Source: a virus
Length of the DNA stretch: 64,000 nt
IMG/VR virus record: IMGVR_UViG_3300025131_000014
Span: 1 to 64,000 of that record
Direction: 5' to 3' (one strand)
Of this stretch, positions 17,548 to 27,100 are shown piece after piece (position 1 is the stretch's first letter; each line of letters opens with the position of its first letter). Under the pieces are notes generated by a model. It ran no database searches. It was not told the DNA's origin and saw only the letters and a list, made by a program, of their open reading frames with translations. Position numbers and translations under genes: made by a program.

Positions 17548-19029
17548 ATGGATAAAAATTATACAACATATAGTTATGAAGATGGCTATGGCTATGGGGA
17601 TTATGTAGATCCCTATAGCAGCCAAGCTAATTCAAATTCGTATGAGTATCAAGCAAGTTTGTTTGATGTAAATACAATATTTCGGGATATGAAACAAGAT
17701 GATTGTATCATTGATCCTTCTATACGTAGTTATTTATCTGATAAAGTACTACGTTTAGTAAAAAAGAGTATTAAGGGAGATTGCTTTATGGAAGATAAGC
17801 ATATACTTGATATATTTAAGTATTTCTATAAAGCATATAGTCATATAGTAAATGTAACTCCTAATGATTATCACTGGCATTATTTGTTAAGTAAGATGGA
17901 TAATTGGTTATTGAAGACTATAACTGATTCTAGAGTACTTTATAGTGTCCTTACAACTATTGCAATATGTAAAAAGTTTAACACTATATTGCAGAAGTTT
18001 CAGACTGATGTTTGTCAAACACAATGGGCTTTAAGAGATTTTGTGAGTAAAGAAGGATTGTGGGAAGCAGTTAAAGACTCTTTTGATGGTAAATCTTTTA
18101 TGCCATATTATTGTGGAGGAGATGATGAAAAGAATGAAAGAGATACTATTAAGAACTTAACTTTACAGCTCAAAGATAAACTTGAGAAAGGTATTCAAAG
18201 TGGAATTCGTCAGGCTAAAAAGGATATTGATAAATATCGTGAGTTTATGGGAAATTCTGTAGGTGATACTATAGCTGAATTGGATTACATAGATGTATAT
18301 CTTGATCCTGCTATTATGAAAGCTGTAGCTGTAAGTGGTAAGTCTATTAATAAGTTTGTTGATAAAGTAATTGATTCTTCTACTGAATCTTTGGGAGGTG
18401 TTCCTAAGGTTTATCAGGAGAGTATCTTTGAAGCAGAGGAGATTGATGAGATAGAAGGGATAGAGAATTTGATTCATCCTGCTCTTTATAGAGATCTGTT
18501 TGTTAAGACTACTAAGTATCATATGAACTTTGATGTTTATCTTGATGATAGTGCTTCTATGACAGGTACGTGTTCTTTAGGAAACAATAAGAGTATTAGA
18601 CAAAGACTTTTAGTACGTTTTATTGCTCTTAAATTGCATAAATTAGGAATGCTTAGAGATATTTATCTTTTTGATCAATCTTTGAGAAAAATTAATTTTG
18701 CTAATCTGCTTACTGCTCGTTTAGGCGGTGGAACTGATTTTACGCAAATAATTAAAAATATCAAAAAGATAGGAAGACCTGGAATTATCATTACAGATGG
18801 TCATGCAAGTATGAATGAATTTTCTGAAAAAGCTTATATGATAAATATATCAGGAGTTGGAGGATATTGTAGTTCTCTTTATAATAAGAGTGTTCCTTTA
18901 GCTAAAATGGTTGCTAAAAATAAGTATGTGTATTGGGATGATGGTAAGTTTTATCATTCTAAAATTGTAGAACACAATGGTAGTTATGATAGCAAGTATT
19001 ATTATATAGAACAAGGAAGAAAATTTTAA
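17548..19029 (+). CDS. vWA-domain protein (ViaA-like MoxR partner)
   Basis: MIDAS-like DDSASM, GGTDF, ITDG. Confidence 0.85.
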   Translation: MDKNYTTYSYEDGYGYGDYVDPYSSQANSNSYEYQASLFDVNTIFRDMKQDDCIIDPSIRSYLSDKVLRLVKKSIKGDCFMEDKHILDIFKYFYKAYSHIVNVTPNDYHWHYLLSKMDNWLLKTITDSRVLYSVLTTIAICKKFNTILQKFQTDVCQTQWALRDFVSKEGLWEAVKDSFDGKSFMPYYCGGDDEKNERDTIKNLTLQLKDKLEKGIQSGIRQAKKDIDKYREFMGNSVGDTIAELDYIDVYLDPAIMKAVAVSGKSINKFVDKVIDSSTESLGGVPKVYQESIFEAEEIDEIEGIENLIHPALYRDLFVKTTKYHMNFDVYLDDSASMTGTCSLGNNKSIRQRLLVRFIALKLHKLGMLRDIYLFDQSLRKINFANLLTARLGGGTDFTQIIKNIKKIGRPGIIITDGHASMNEFSEKAYMINISGVGGYCSSLYNKSVPLAKMVAKNKYVYWDDGKFYHSKIVEHNGSYDSKYYYIEQGRKF

Positions 19030-19031
19030 TT

Positions 19032-19253
19032 ATGACCAAGTATGAACAAATTATGTATGAGAGAGATCTGCCTGGGATTAGAAGATCCCTTGAAAGTATA
19101 GCAGAAACTCTAAAAGCAATAGTAGTAATTATCTCCGATCCAGGAGATGAAGTAGAACATATTGTTGATTACCCTGCAGAAATGAGCAAGGTATGGGGTG
19201 ATAAAACTACAAATTCAACAGGTAAGTTACCTGATGATTATACAATGGATTGA
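19032..19253 (+). CDS. Hypothetical protein
   Basis: ORF track. Confidence 0.65.
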   Translation: MTKYEQIMYERDLPGIRRSLESIAETLKAIVVIISDPGDEVEHIVDYPAEMSKVWGDKTTNSTGKLPDDYTMD

Positions 19254-19395
19254 GAAACTCCAATGGGAGACTATATAGAGATTAGCATAGCAGGTAAGTA
19301 CTGCATAGCTAAGTCTCATATATAGCTCCCTATACGGAGAGTTCGTAGGATTCATTGCGGGCATAAAATAGAGCTAACAATTCTTTAACCTCTCA
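19251..19395 (+). ncRNA. Candidate structured RNA, ~145 nt
   Basis: Long bulged hairpin GGGAG-ACTATATA-GAGATTAGC...GCTAAGTCTC-ATATATAG-CTCCC, closed by TGAGA/TCTCA. Confidence 0.5.
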
Positions 19396-19458
19396 GTAGT
19401 GCTTAATTAATTGGTATCTATTTATGTCTGTTATTTTTTAATTATTAAAAATTTAATT

Positions 19459-20013
19459 ATGAGTACAATAACAGAAATTGAACAAGAGGCTCTTATTGAG
19501 CTTATTTTAAAAGTATTGCGTCTTTCACAGAATGGGCATGTAAGTCCTTTTGAAAATAAAATTGCTGAAGAGCTAATAGCAATTGATAAAACTTTACAAG
19601 CTACTTACTTAAGGATAAATGGTATTGAAACTTTTCTTGGTTCTTTAAATACGAGATTATCTAATCTTGAAAAGAAGAACTTTGAAATACTTCCTGCAAA
19701 GGAAGGATCTGATTTTGATATAGATAAGGAAAAACTTCCAGTTCAAGGTAAAAAGAGAGGTCCTTATACTACTACTAAAAAGATAGCTAAGAAAATTGAG
19801 CAGATATTAACATCTGCTAAACATTTTACTAAACAACAGATTTTGGATGAAGTAGCACGTAAGAGACCAGATTTAAATACTTTAAGTGGAAAGAGCATGC
19901 TGGAAAATATCAGAAAGGCTAAATGGAGACTTGATGGAATTAGACGTAGAGACCTTAAATTAGGAATTTATGGAACTGAAGGCTATTGGAAGAAGAGAAA
20001 GACGAAGAAATGA
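19459..20013 (+). CDS. Basic hypothetical protein (possible DNA-binding)
   Basis: ORF 19411-20013; ATG at 19459 is the more likely start; K/R-rich C-terminus. Confidence 0.75.
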   Translation: MSTITEIEQEALIELILKVLRLSQNGHVSPFENKIAEELIAIDKTLQATYLRINGIETFLGSLNTRLSNLEKKNFEILPAKEGSDFDIDKEKLPVQGKKRGPYTTTKKIAKKIEQILTSAKHFTKQQILDEVARKRPDLNTLSGKSMLENIRKAKWRLDGIRRRDLKLGIYGTEGYWKKRKTKK

Positions 20014-20052
20014 AATTTGAATCTTTTTTTACATTTTTAAATACAATGATAA

Positions 20053-20397
20053 ATGAAAAAGAAATTAAATAGCGGAGTCCTTTTTGGAAAGGACTTAAAT
20101 AAAAGGGTTACAACGTATCTTCTGAATAATCCTGATCTTCGTGATAGCGATAGTAAGCTTATGGCAAGGATTTGGTATGATGAAGTGCAATCAACTTTAG
20201 GTCTTATAGAAACAGCAGAGGAATTACTCATTGCTGTTTCTAAAGGACAGTTGACTAACTGGGAGAGTGCGACCAGGTGTCGTAGGAAAATACAGGAAGA
20301 GATTCCTGAACTACGAGGGAAAGGTCATAGTTTACGGAAAGCTAAAGCTAAGCGTGTAAAAGATGGATTTAATACTCCTTATAATAGGATATTATGA
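20053..20397 (+). CDS. Conserved phage hypothetical protein
   Basis: LRDSDSKL...ESATRCRRKIQE..P.LRG. Confidence 0.75.
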   Translation: MKKKLNSGVLFGKDLNKRVTTYLLNNPDLRDSDSKLMARIWYDEVQSTLGLIETAEELLIAVSKGQLTNWESATRCRRKIQEEIPELRGKGHSLRKAKAKRVKDGFNTPYNRIL

Positions 20398-20588
20398 CTC
20401 AAAAGAAAGTATGTAAAACTTTAAAGAATAGTAATGGTACTGTATGGATTTCTGATGAATTTCGTACTGAAATAATTAAATACTATTGTTCTACTGGAGA
20501 CAGCTTAAAGAATATAGCAAAAATATTTGGTATAAGTGTGGGGTGTGTTTCTAATATTATTACAAAGTATTTTAAAGATAAAGCGTAG
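20394..20588 (+). CDS. Small HTH DNA-binding protein
   Basis: SLKNIAKIFGISVGCVSNII helix-turn-helix. Confidence 0.75.
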   Translation: MTQKKVCKTLKNSNGTVWISDEFRTEIIKYYCSTGDSLKNIAKIFGISVGCVSNIITKYFKDKA

Positions 20589-20590
20589 AG

Positions 20591-20646
20591 AGGATACGCC
20601 TTCTTCCTGGGGTCTAGATCGGTTTGGCTCCAGGGGAGGGCATCCT
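20591..20646. promoter_or_regulatory. GC-rich intergenic hairpin
   Basis: AGGAT-AC-GCCTTCTTCCTGGGGTC / GGCTCCAGGGGAGGGC-ATCCT. Confidence 0.55.
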
Positions 20647-20662
20647 ATTAAAAAAGAAAATA

Positions 20663-20995
20663 ATGAAGAATGAATATAATGAAAATAAGAAGATGTATCA
20701 GGAAGCACGTGATACTGATAAAGCCTTTTTAATTGGGCATAACAATGTGCTTGAAGAGATTGATTCTAAAAAGAAGTACGATCTTCAGGAACTGAAGTCT
20801 TTAGTAGGCGGTTATATTGAAATTGTTTATAACTTACCTATGAATAAAATGATGGTTATAAATGAAGAAGGGAAACTATCAAAGTTACCTTATAATTTTT
20901 ATGCAACAAATCTTGCTTTATTTGATCACAGTATTGCTACTGATGATTATATTGCAGGAAATGCTGTAATTTTAAACAATAGTCAAATTGATTAA
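20663..20995 (+). CDS. DUF3846-like protein
   Basis: LQELKSLVGGYIEIV...INEEGKL..LPYN..AT; start at MKNEY preferred because the track's TTG start lies inside the hairpin. Confidence 0.8.
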   Translation: MKNEYNENKKMYQEARDTDKAFLIGHNNVLEEIDSKKKYDLQELKSLVGGYIEIVYNLPMNKMMVINEEGKLSKLPYNFYATNLALFDHSIATDDYIAGNAVILNNSQID

Positions 20996-20997
20996 TT

Positions 20998-21168
20998 ATG
21001 GAAGAAGTAACAGAAGAACAATTTAAAGCATATGTAAGTCTTCAAGAAGAAGGAACATATAATATGTTAGATTCTATGGTTAGGGAAATATGTGATTTAA
21101 CCAGAGAGGAACATGCAGCAATTATAATAAATTATGATAAACTTAAAAAAAAGTATGTAAAAAAATAA
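20998..21168 (+). CDS. DUF5049-like small protein, 56 aa
   Basis: Unannotated frame MEEVTEEQFKAYVSLQEEGTYNMLD...IINYDKL. Confidence 0.6.
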   Translation: MEEVTEEQFKAYVSLQEEGTYNMLDSMVREICDLTREEHAAIIINYDKLKKKYVKK

Positions 21169-21170
21169 TT

Positions 21171-21680
21171 ATGAAAAATGAAGAATTTGATAATCTTAAT
21201 AGTGAAGATTCTGAGTTTCAGAAGAAGGTAGTTAAGTTTGTACTTGCTACTTATGAGAAACATAAAAAACATTTACCTCCTTCTTTATTTGTTAAATCTG
21301 GAGATGGTGTTTATAAAATACATCCTATTCCTCCTCATTTATTTGAGCAACAGAATGGTGAACAGATCATAGCAGACGGTGTTAATACTATTATTACTGA
21401 TTATGATGCAAGCCATGCTTGTTTTGCTTCAGAGTGTTGTTATGCTAAAGTAAAGGCAAATAATGCTGATGCTATTAAAAAAGCTGTTGAAGAAGGTATA
21501 GATAATGTTGAAGGAGCACAGCAATGTGTAGTTCTTTCTTTTGAAAGTAAAAAAGCAGAAGAAAAATATTTTTATAGGTTTCTGATAACAGAAGAACAAA
21601 AGCTTCAGATAGAAGAACTTAAAGAGTATACAAATAAGGATGGAGAGAATAATTTAATAATAAATTTATTCAGAAAATGA
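21171..21680 (+). CDS. Hypothetical protein
   Basis: ORF track. Confidence 0.75.
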   Translation: MKNEEFDNLNSEDSEFQKKVVKFVLATYEKHKKHLPPSLFVKSGDGVYKIHPIPPHLFEQQNGEQIIADGVNTIITDYDASHACFASECCYAKVKANNADAIKKAVEEGIDNVEGAQQCVVLSFESKKAEEKYFYRFLITEEQKLQIEELKEYTNKDGENNLIINLFRK

Positions 21681-23578
21681 TATATTTTATTGGAAATCAG
21701 GGAATACTACCTTGTTGTGAAACAGCAACTATAGAAGATGTAGTAATTTGGTGTTATGACACACCTAATAAAGTCATGGGAGTAGATACTGAAACTGAAG
21801 GTCTTAATTGGCTTTCAAAGAAGGTAATTATGCTTCAATTAGGAGATGAGAAGGACCAGTTTGTGATAGACACACGGTTTATAGATATCTCCTTACTTAA
21901 GGCTCCTTTAGAGGATCCTAGTATTACAAAGATTTTGCATAATGCGAAGTTTGATTATAAGTTCATGCTTTCTAACTTCGATATCCGTATAGATAATATA
22001 TATGATACTTTGTTAGCTGAATGTGTGCTTAATTGTGGGCGTCAAGGAGTTTCTAAAGGACTAGCTGATTTAGTAGGTAGATATTTAGATATTAAGTTAA
22101 GCAAGGAAACTAGAGACCAATTCCACACAATGCGGGATGGCGTACCGTTTACTGAGTCCCAGATTATTTACGGGGCTAAAGATGTGGAATACTTGCCGAT
22201 GATCAAGGGATTTCAGGACTATGCAGTGTCATCCTGGGATTTGGAATATGTGCTTGATATTGAGAACAGAGCAACTATAGCATTTGCTGAAATAGAGAAC
22301 AATGGGATCAAGTTAGATCGTGATAAGTGGCTTGGTTTAGCTATTAATGCAGAAGGCCGTTTAGAGGGCAAAGAAGATGAGTTAGATGATATAGTATTGA
22401 AAGACAACGACTTACGTAAGTATAAGAGTCCAGGAGTTCAGCTTGGGATGTTCGGCGTCAAAGAAAAACATACTACGGTCCTGTGGTCTTCACCGTCACA
22501 GGTGCAGAATGTACTTCAAACACTTGATCCTAGTATACAATCAACTGGTGTAAGAGAGCTCTTTAAAAGACAGAACTTTCATAAGCTCTTTAAGAGCCTT
22601 ATAGATTATCGTAAAGAGGCTAAATTAGTGACTACTTATGGGAGAGAGTTTGTTAAGTATATAAAGAAGGAAACAGGTAGGGTACATACTATTTTTTGGC
22701 AGATCTTAAACACGGGGCGTGTCTCGAGTGGGTCTAAAGGTGGTCGTTACTTTGAAGACTATCCTAATATGCAGAATATTCCTGCTTTGAGCGAATATAG
22801 AAATTGTTTTATAGCTGAAGAAGGTTGTAAAATCGTAAGCTTTGATTTTAGTGGTCAAGAGTTACGCCTTATCGCAGAGGGTGCCCAGGATCCGTTGTGG
22901 ATTAAAACCTTTAATGAAGGTGGAGATGTACATGGGGAGGTTGCTGCAATGGTCTTTGATATAGAGGTGGCTGATGTGAGAAATAAACCAGACTTTTTAC
23001 GAGGAAAATCATATAGGGATGTAGCTAAGACCATTAATTTCGGGCTTGCGTATGGAATGTCAGAGCATAAGCTTGCTGATACTCTTGATATTCCTGTAGA
23101 AGATGCGAAAGCTTTTATTGATAAGTATTTTATAGCGTTGCCTAAGATCAAGAAGTTCTTAGAAGCTTTAGGTAATTATGGTAAGAAGAATAAGCATATA
23201 CGGACTTTTAAACCATCAAGAAGAATAAGATTCTTTCCTGATGATGTCTATCTAAGTCAGATGGATAGGAAAGAGATGTTTAGAACTCTTGGTGAAATAG
23301 AGCGACAATCTAAAAATACTCCTATTCAGGGAACTGGAGCGGATATGATTAAGCTTGCTTTAGCTAAGATTGTAGAGTATATTAGGGAGAATGATCTATG
23401 GGACAAAGTAAAGCTTATTACACAGGTTCATGATGAGATAGGTTGTGAGGTGAAAGAAGAGTATGTAGAACAATGGTTACCTGTACAGCAACGTTTAATG
23501 GAGGAAGCAGGTGCTGAATTTGTTAAATCAATGAAAATGACCGTTGATGCGTCTGTTTCTGATGTTTGGAAAAAATAG
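21677..23578 (+). CDS. polA: Family A DNA polymerase with 3'-5' exonuclease
   Basis: DTETEG, HNAKFD, YGAKD exonuclease motifs; DFSGQELR (A), RDVAKTINFGLAYG (B), QVHDE (C). Confidence 0.96.
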   Translation: MIYFIGNQGILPCCETATIEDVVIWCYDTPNKVMGVDTETEGLNWLSKKVIMLQLGDEKDQFVIDTRFIDISLLKAPLEDPSITKILHNAKFDYKFMLSNFDIRIDNIYDTLLAECVLNCGRQGVSKGLADLVGRYLDIKLSKETRDQFHTMRDGVPFTESQIIYGAKDVEYLPMIKGFQDYAVSSWDLEYVLDIENRATIAFAEIENNGIKLDRDKWLGLAINAEGRLEGKEDELDDIVLKDNDLRKYKSPGVQLGMFGVKEKHTTVLWSSPSQVQNVLQTLDPSIQSTGVRELFKRQNFHKLFKSLIDYRKEAKLVTTYGREFVKYIKKETGRVHTIFWQILNTGRVSSGSKGGRYFEDYPNMQNIPALSEYRNCFIAEEGCKIVSFDFSGQELRLIAEGAQDPLWIKTFNEGGDVHGEVAAMVFDIEVADVRNKPDFLRGKSYRDVAKTINFGLAYGMSEHKLADTLDIPVEDAKAFIDKYFIALPKIKKFLEALGNYGKKNKHIRTFKPSRRIRFFPDDVYLSQMDRKEMFRTLGEIERQSKNTPIQGTGADMIKLALAKIVEYIRENDLWDKVKLITQVHDEIGCEVKEEYVEQWLPVQQRLMEEAGAEFVKSMKMTVDASVSDVWKK

Positions 23579-23582
23579 TTTT

Positions 23583-23848
23583 CCGAAATAGGAGTAGGAT
23601 GGGTCGACATAAAAAGGAGAATAAAGGTGGCCTTGTAAGTCCTTAAGGCTTGTAATTTCACATGAGCATGCAGAGCCGAGAGATTCTCCTTCTCTTATAG
23701 AATGAGACTATTCGGGCAGCTGAGTGGCTTAGAGGCGATTTCGTTGTAAAAAGAAACAGAATGATGAATGTGCGACTTCCCGTAACGAGGGTCATGGCCT
23801 GTCATCCTATACCTTATCGGTTGATCACGAATGGCTCATTCTTTTTTT
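23583..23848 (+). ncRNA. Candidate structured RNA after polA (element A)
   Basis: 23583-23608 pairs with 23791-23820; AAGGAGAAT/ATTCTCCTT; GAATGAGACTATTCG (23700) / CGAATGGCTCATTC (23828-23841) followed by a T-tract. Confidence 0.55.
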
Positions 23849-24090
23849 TAGTAATGTAAGTGACGCTGGTGTACACAGTTCTGGATTTAGGTTACCTGCA
23901 AAATGTTTGTCTGTGCTACGGCATGAAGATGATTAGATGTAAAATGAAAGCCCTAAGCGGAGTAGTGTGGAGAACGGAGGGAAGACTCCTGTATCTTGTA
24001 AGACCCACGGGTCAATATGAACTATATAGGTATACTGTTATATAGAGAAGACGGTCCATAAAGTTAAGTTACTGCATTACTAATTTTTTA
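23848..24090 (+). ncRNA. Candidate structured RNA after polA (element B)
   Basis: Closing TTAGTAATGTAAGTGAC / GTTACTGCATTACTAA plus T-tract; TGC-TACG-GCA and GACC-CACG-GGTC tetraloop hairpins. Confidence 0.55.
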
Positions 24091-24145
24091 GCACTTAGGA
24101 GGACAATATTGTCTGTAATTATGAGGATAAGGACTAAGTGTTATT

Positions 24146-24187
24146 GGGGAATAAGGTTAGTGTCTACGCTTTATTCCCCTTTTTTTT
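24146..24187 (+). terminator. Terminator at the convergence of the early/middle and late blocks
   Basis: GGGGAATAAGG...CTTTATTCCCC followed by T8. Confidence 0.85.
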
Positions 24188-24198
24188 AATTGCTTCAG

Positions 24199-27100
24199 CT
24201 AGTTTGCCATTTTTGTGTGGGTCATGTAATGGAACTTGTAATACTGGTTTCCTAAAGGAATTAGTTCAAGTGTTTCTTTAAGTAACTTGTTATGACCTTT
24301 TCTTACTCCTGCTTTATATTGTCCTTCTCCCATTAATTGCTGTATTATTGCTTTAGGCATATCTACAAGAATATCTGATAATGTTCCAATAGCAGGAGCT
24401 GGATTTCCTTTTGTCATTTGTAACATAGCATCAGGATTAATAAAGAAGGTTACTTCTGTATTTACTCTAGTGAATGTATTAAGCAGTAAAGTCATTCCCA
24501 TATTCATATAAAGTTGTTCTTCTTCATCTTCATCTTCAAATTCGATTTGTCCTAATAAGAATAAAGCAATGGCTAAAGCTGCTACAAAGTAGATCTCCGC
24601 CATATTTTTTCTCATATTGATTTTATCTACCTCATCAAGATTTTCAAATTCAGAAGCATCTTTTCCTATTAACTGTAGGCCAAACTGTTTAGCCATAAGT
24701 GTTGCAAATCCCATAGCTCCTGATTTTTCAAGAGCTGTTCCATAACTTCTCCAAGTTCCTTTAGTATATCTTTCTAAAGCTTCATCCCATCTCTGGTCTT
24801 CCCATCTATCAAACCATAATTCAGGAACCCAAGATCTGAACTGAAATAACATTCTTCCCAGAACATGTTTTTTACCAAGTATAGGTGATTTTCTGTCATA
24901 GTTACCATGTATTCTTCTAGCTGTTACATCAAATTTCATTTTAAATTTAAGCCATGCGGCACTTCCTTCTTCTGTATCAGAGAATTTATCCCATCCTTCA
25001 TTATTCTGAAGAGGAAATTCTTTAGCATTCCATTCTCCATTTTCATCAAAAGCATCCCATAATGGTTTTTCTTCTCCTTGGTTATTTTTTACTTTATTAA
25101 AGTGCATCATTGCTACTAGTATCTGTCCATATACAAAGAATTCTGATCTTTCCTGTAAGAGATATAACCAATTTCCACTTCTGGAGTCTTCGGATCCATA
25201 CATTGATTCTACTACCTGAGCAAGACCATCAAAGTTTGCCATAAGAGCTCTTACTTTCTTTCCTAGCTGTGTAGGAGCATATTTACCACCATTTATAGTT
25301 GACCCCATCATTGTAGTAAAAGCTTTTCTTGCATTACCAGGTGTGAATTCTGATTTACCTGCGGCATGTCTGAATACTGCAGATGTACCAAATACTAAGT
25401 TAGCTGTAGCTGAAAACCAGTTAAAGCCCATACCAAGAGCTTGTGTATAGGTTATTAATGCATTACCTATACTTTGTCCTGTTACTGGTCTTTGAAAGAA
25501 AGTTTTTAATGCATCTTCATATGCTTCTCTATTTTCATCTGTTATATCAAGCATTGGATCACCCTTCTTATTTGTTTTCCTAAACTTTTCTTCTTTGTTT
25601 AGTTCTGCATAGATGAAACTTTTTACCTTTTTTGGAAGAGGTTTAAGTGAGTTCTTATAGTTATCATAAGCTTCAGTATACGGTATATCATTAGCTAAGT
25701 CTTTTTGAAAGGTTTCAACAGCATCTTTTATTACTTCAAATTGCTGTTTAGCTTCATTTCCCATAAATCCTTTTTGTTTACCTAATATTTTTACAGGAGT
25801 CCCAGGTTCTTTAGTCATTCCATATAGAAGAGCTTCTATTGTATATTGTAGTTGTGCTTTAGCTCTTACGAGTCCTTTTTCTGCCTGCATAAGATCTCCT
25901 TCAGTTCCTTGTTTTTGTTTTTTACCTGATTGAGTTTTAGTCGCTGCTTTAATAGTTCCAAGTAATCTATTAGCTAAAAGAACTTGTGGTTCTACTCTTG
26001 CTTTATGTCTATAATTTGTAGCCATAGCTGCAAAAGCTTTAAGAATCTTACCAAGATCATAACTTTTTTGGTTAGGCATTAAAGTTTCTCCTGTCATCCA
26101 TAAAGGAATAGAAGGCATAGCTTGTCCTGTTGCAGTTTCTATAGTTCCGTATTCTATTTCAGCTTCTACACTATCTGTAAGAAGTGATACCATACTATTA
26201 TTAGCACCTGAAATAATTCCTCGGAGAGCAGAATCACTATATTTTTCTGTGAGATCTTTTACAAGATCAGGAATTCTATTCTTTTTTATATCGCTGTTAT
26301 CTGGAAGATACGCCCAAAACTTTTCCATACTATTTACATAGAAATCATAGAATTCTTTTAGCTCTGGAACTTTCATTACTTCTTCAAACTCTTTGTTCCA
26401 ATGTTTGGCTGCAGGTACTGATGGAACATAGCGACTAGCAAAATTGTATTTAAGGACAGCCCCACTTGGAATTTTTCCTCCTGATGTAAGGCTATTAAAA
26501 AGTTCATTATAGATAAAAGGACTGTTTTGAACATCCCATTTATCTCTAGCTGCTTCATATGCTCTTAGATCAAAATTACCGTCTTTATCTACAGATATTA
26601 CTTTTAAATCTTCTATTATTTCTGTTCTATTTTCAACAAACTTATTGAAAAGAGTTTTTTGTTCTGTTAATAGAGCATCTATCATTTCAGTAGCTACTTC
26701 TCTTCTTTCTTCATTTCCATCTACAAGCTTTTCTATAAGCTGTTCTCTATATTCTTTTCTTTGCTGAGCTGTAGTTGGTGCTTGTTCAATTCCTAAGTCT
26801 GTTTTTCGTGGATCATATATTTCTTTACCATCTATAAGCATACCAATATCGATAGCTACAATATTTTCTTTTTGCCATAGCATATGCTTTTTATAAGCAG
26901 CATTAGAAGGTCCTACTCCTTTTACACTATTGATATGATTTCTTTTTTCCCATAATTTTTGAAAATAAGAACGGTTGATTCTACTAAGTAAATTTCCTGT
27001 AAGTTCTCCATTTTCATCTTTTTGGGCAAGCTTGTCAAATTTTTCTTTTATATTGCCTGGTCCTATATTAAGTTTTTCAATTGCTACGTTTATATCTTTA

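Noticed and set aside
23713-23790. tRNA-like start GGGCAGCTGAGTGGCTTAGAGGCG
   Set aside because: No GTTCRA T-loop or acceptor stem; better explained as part of element A
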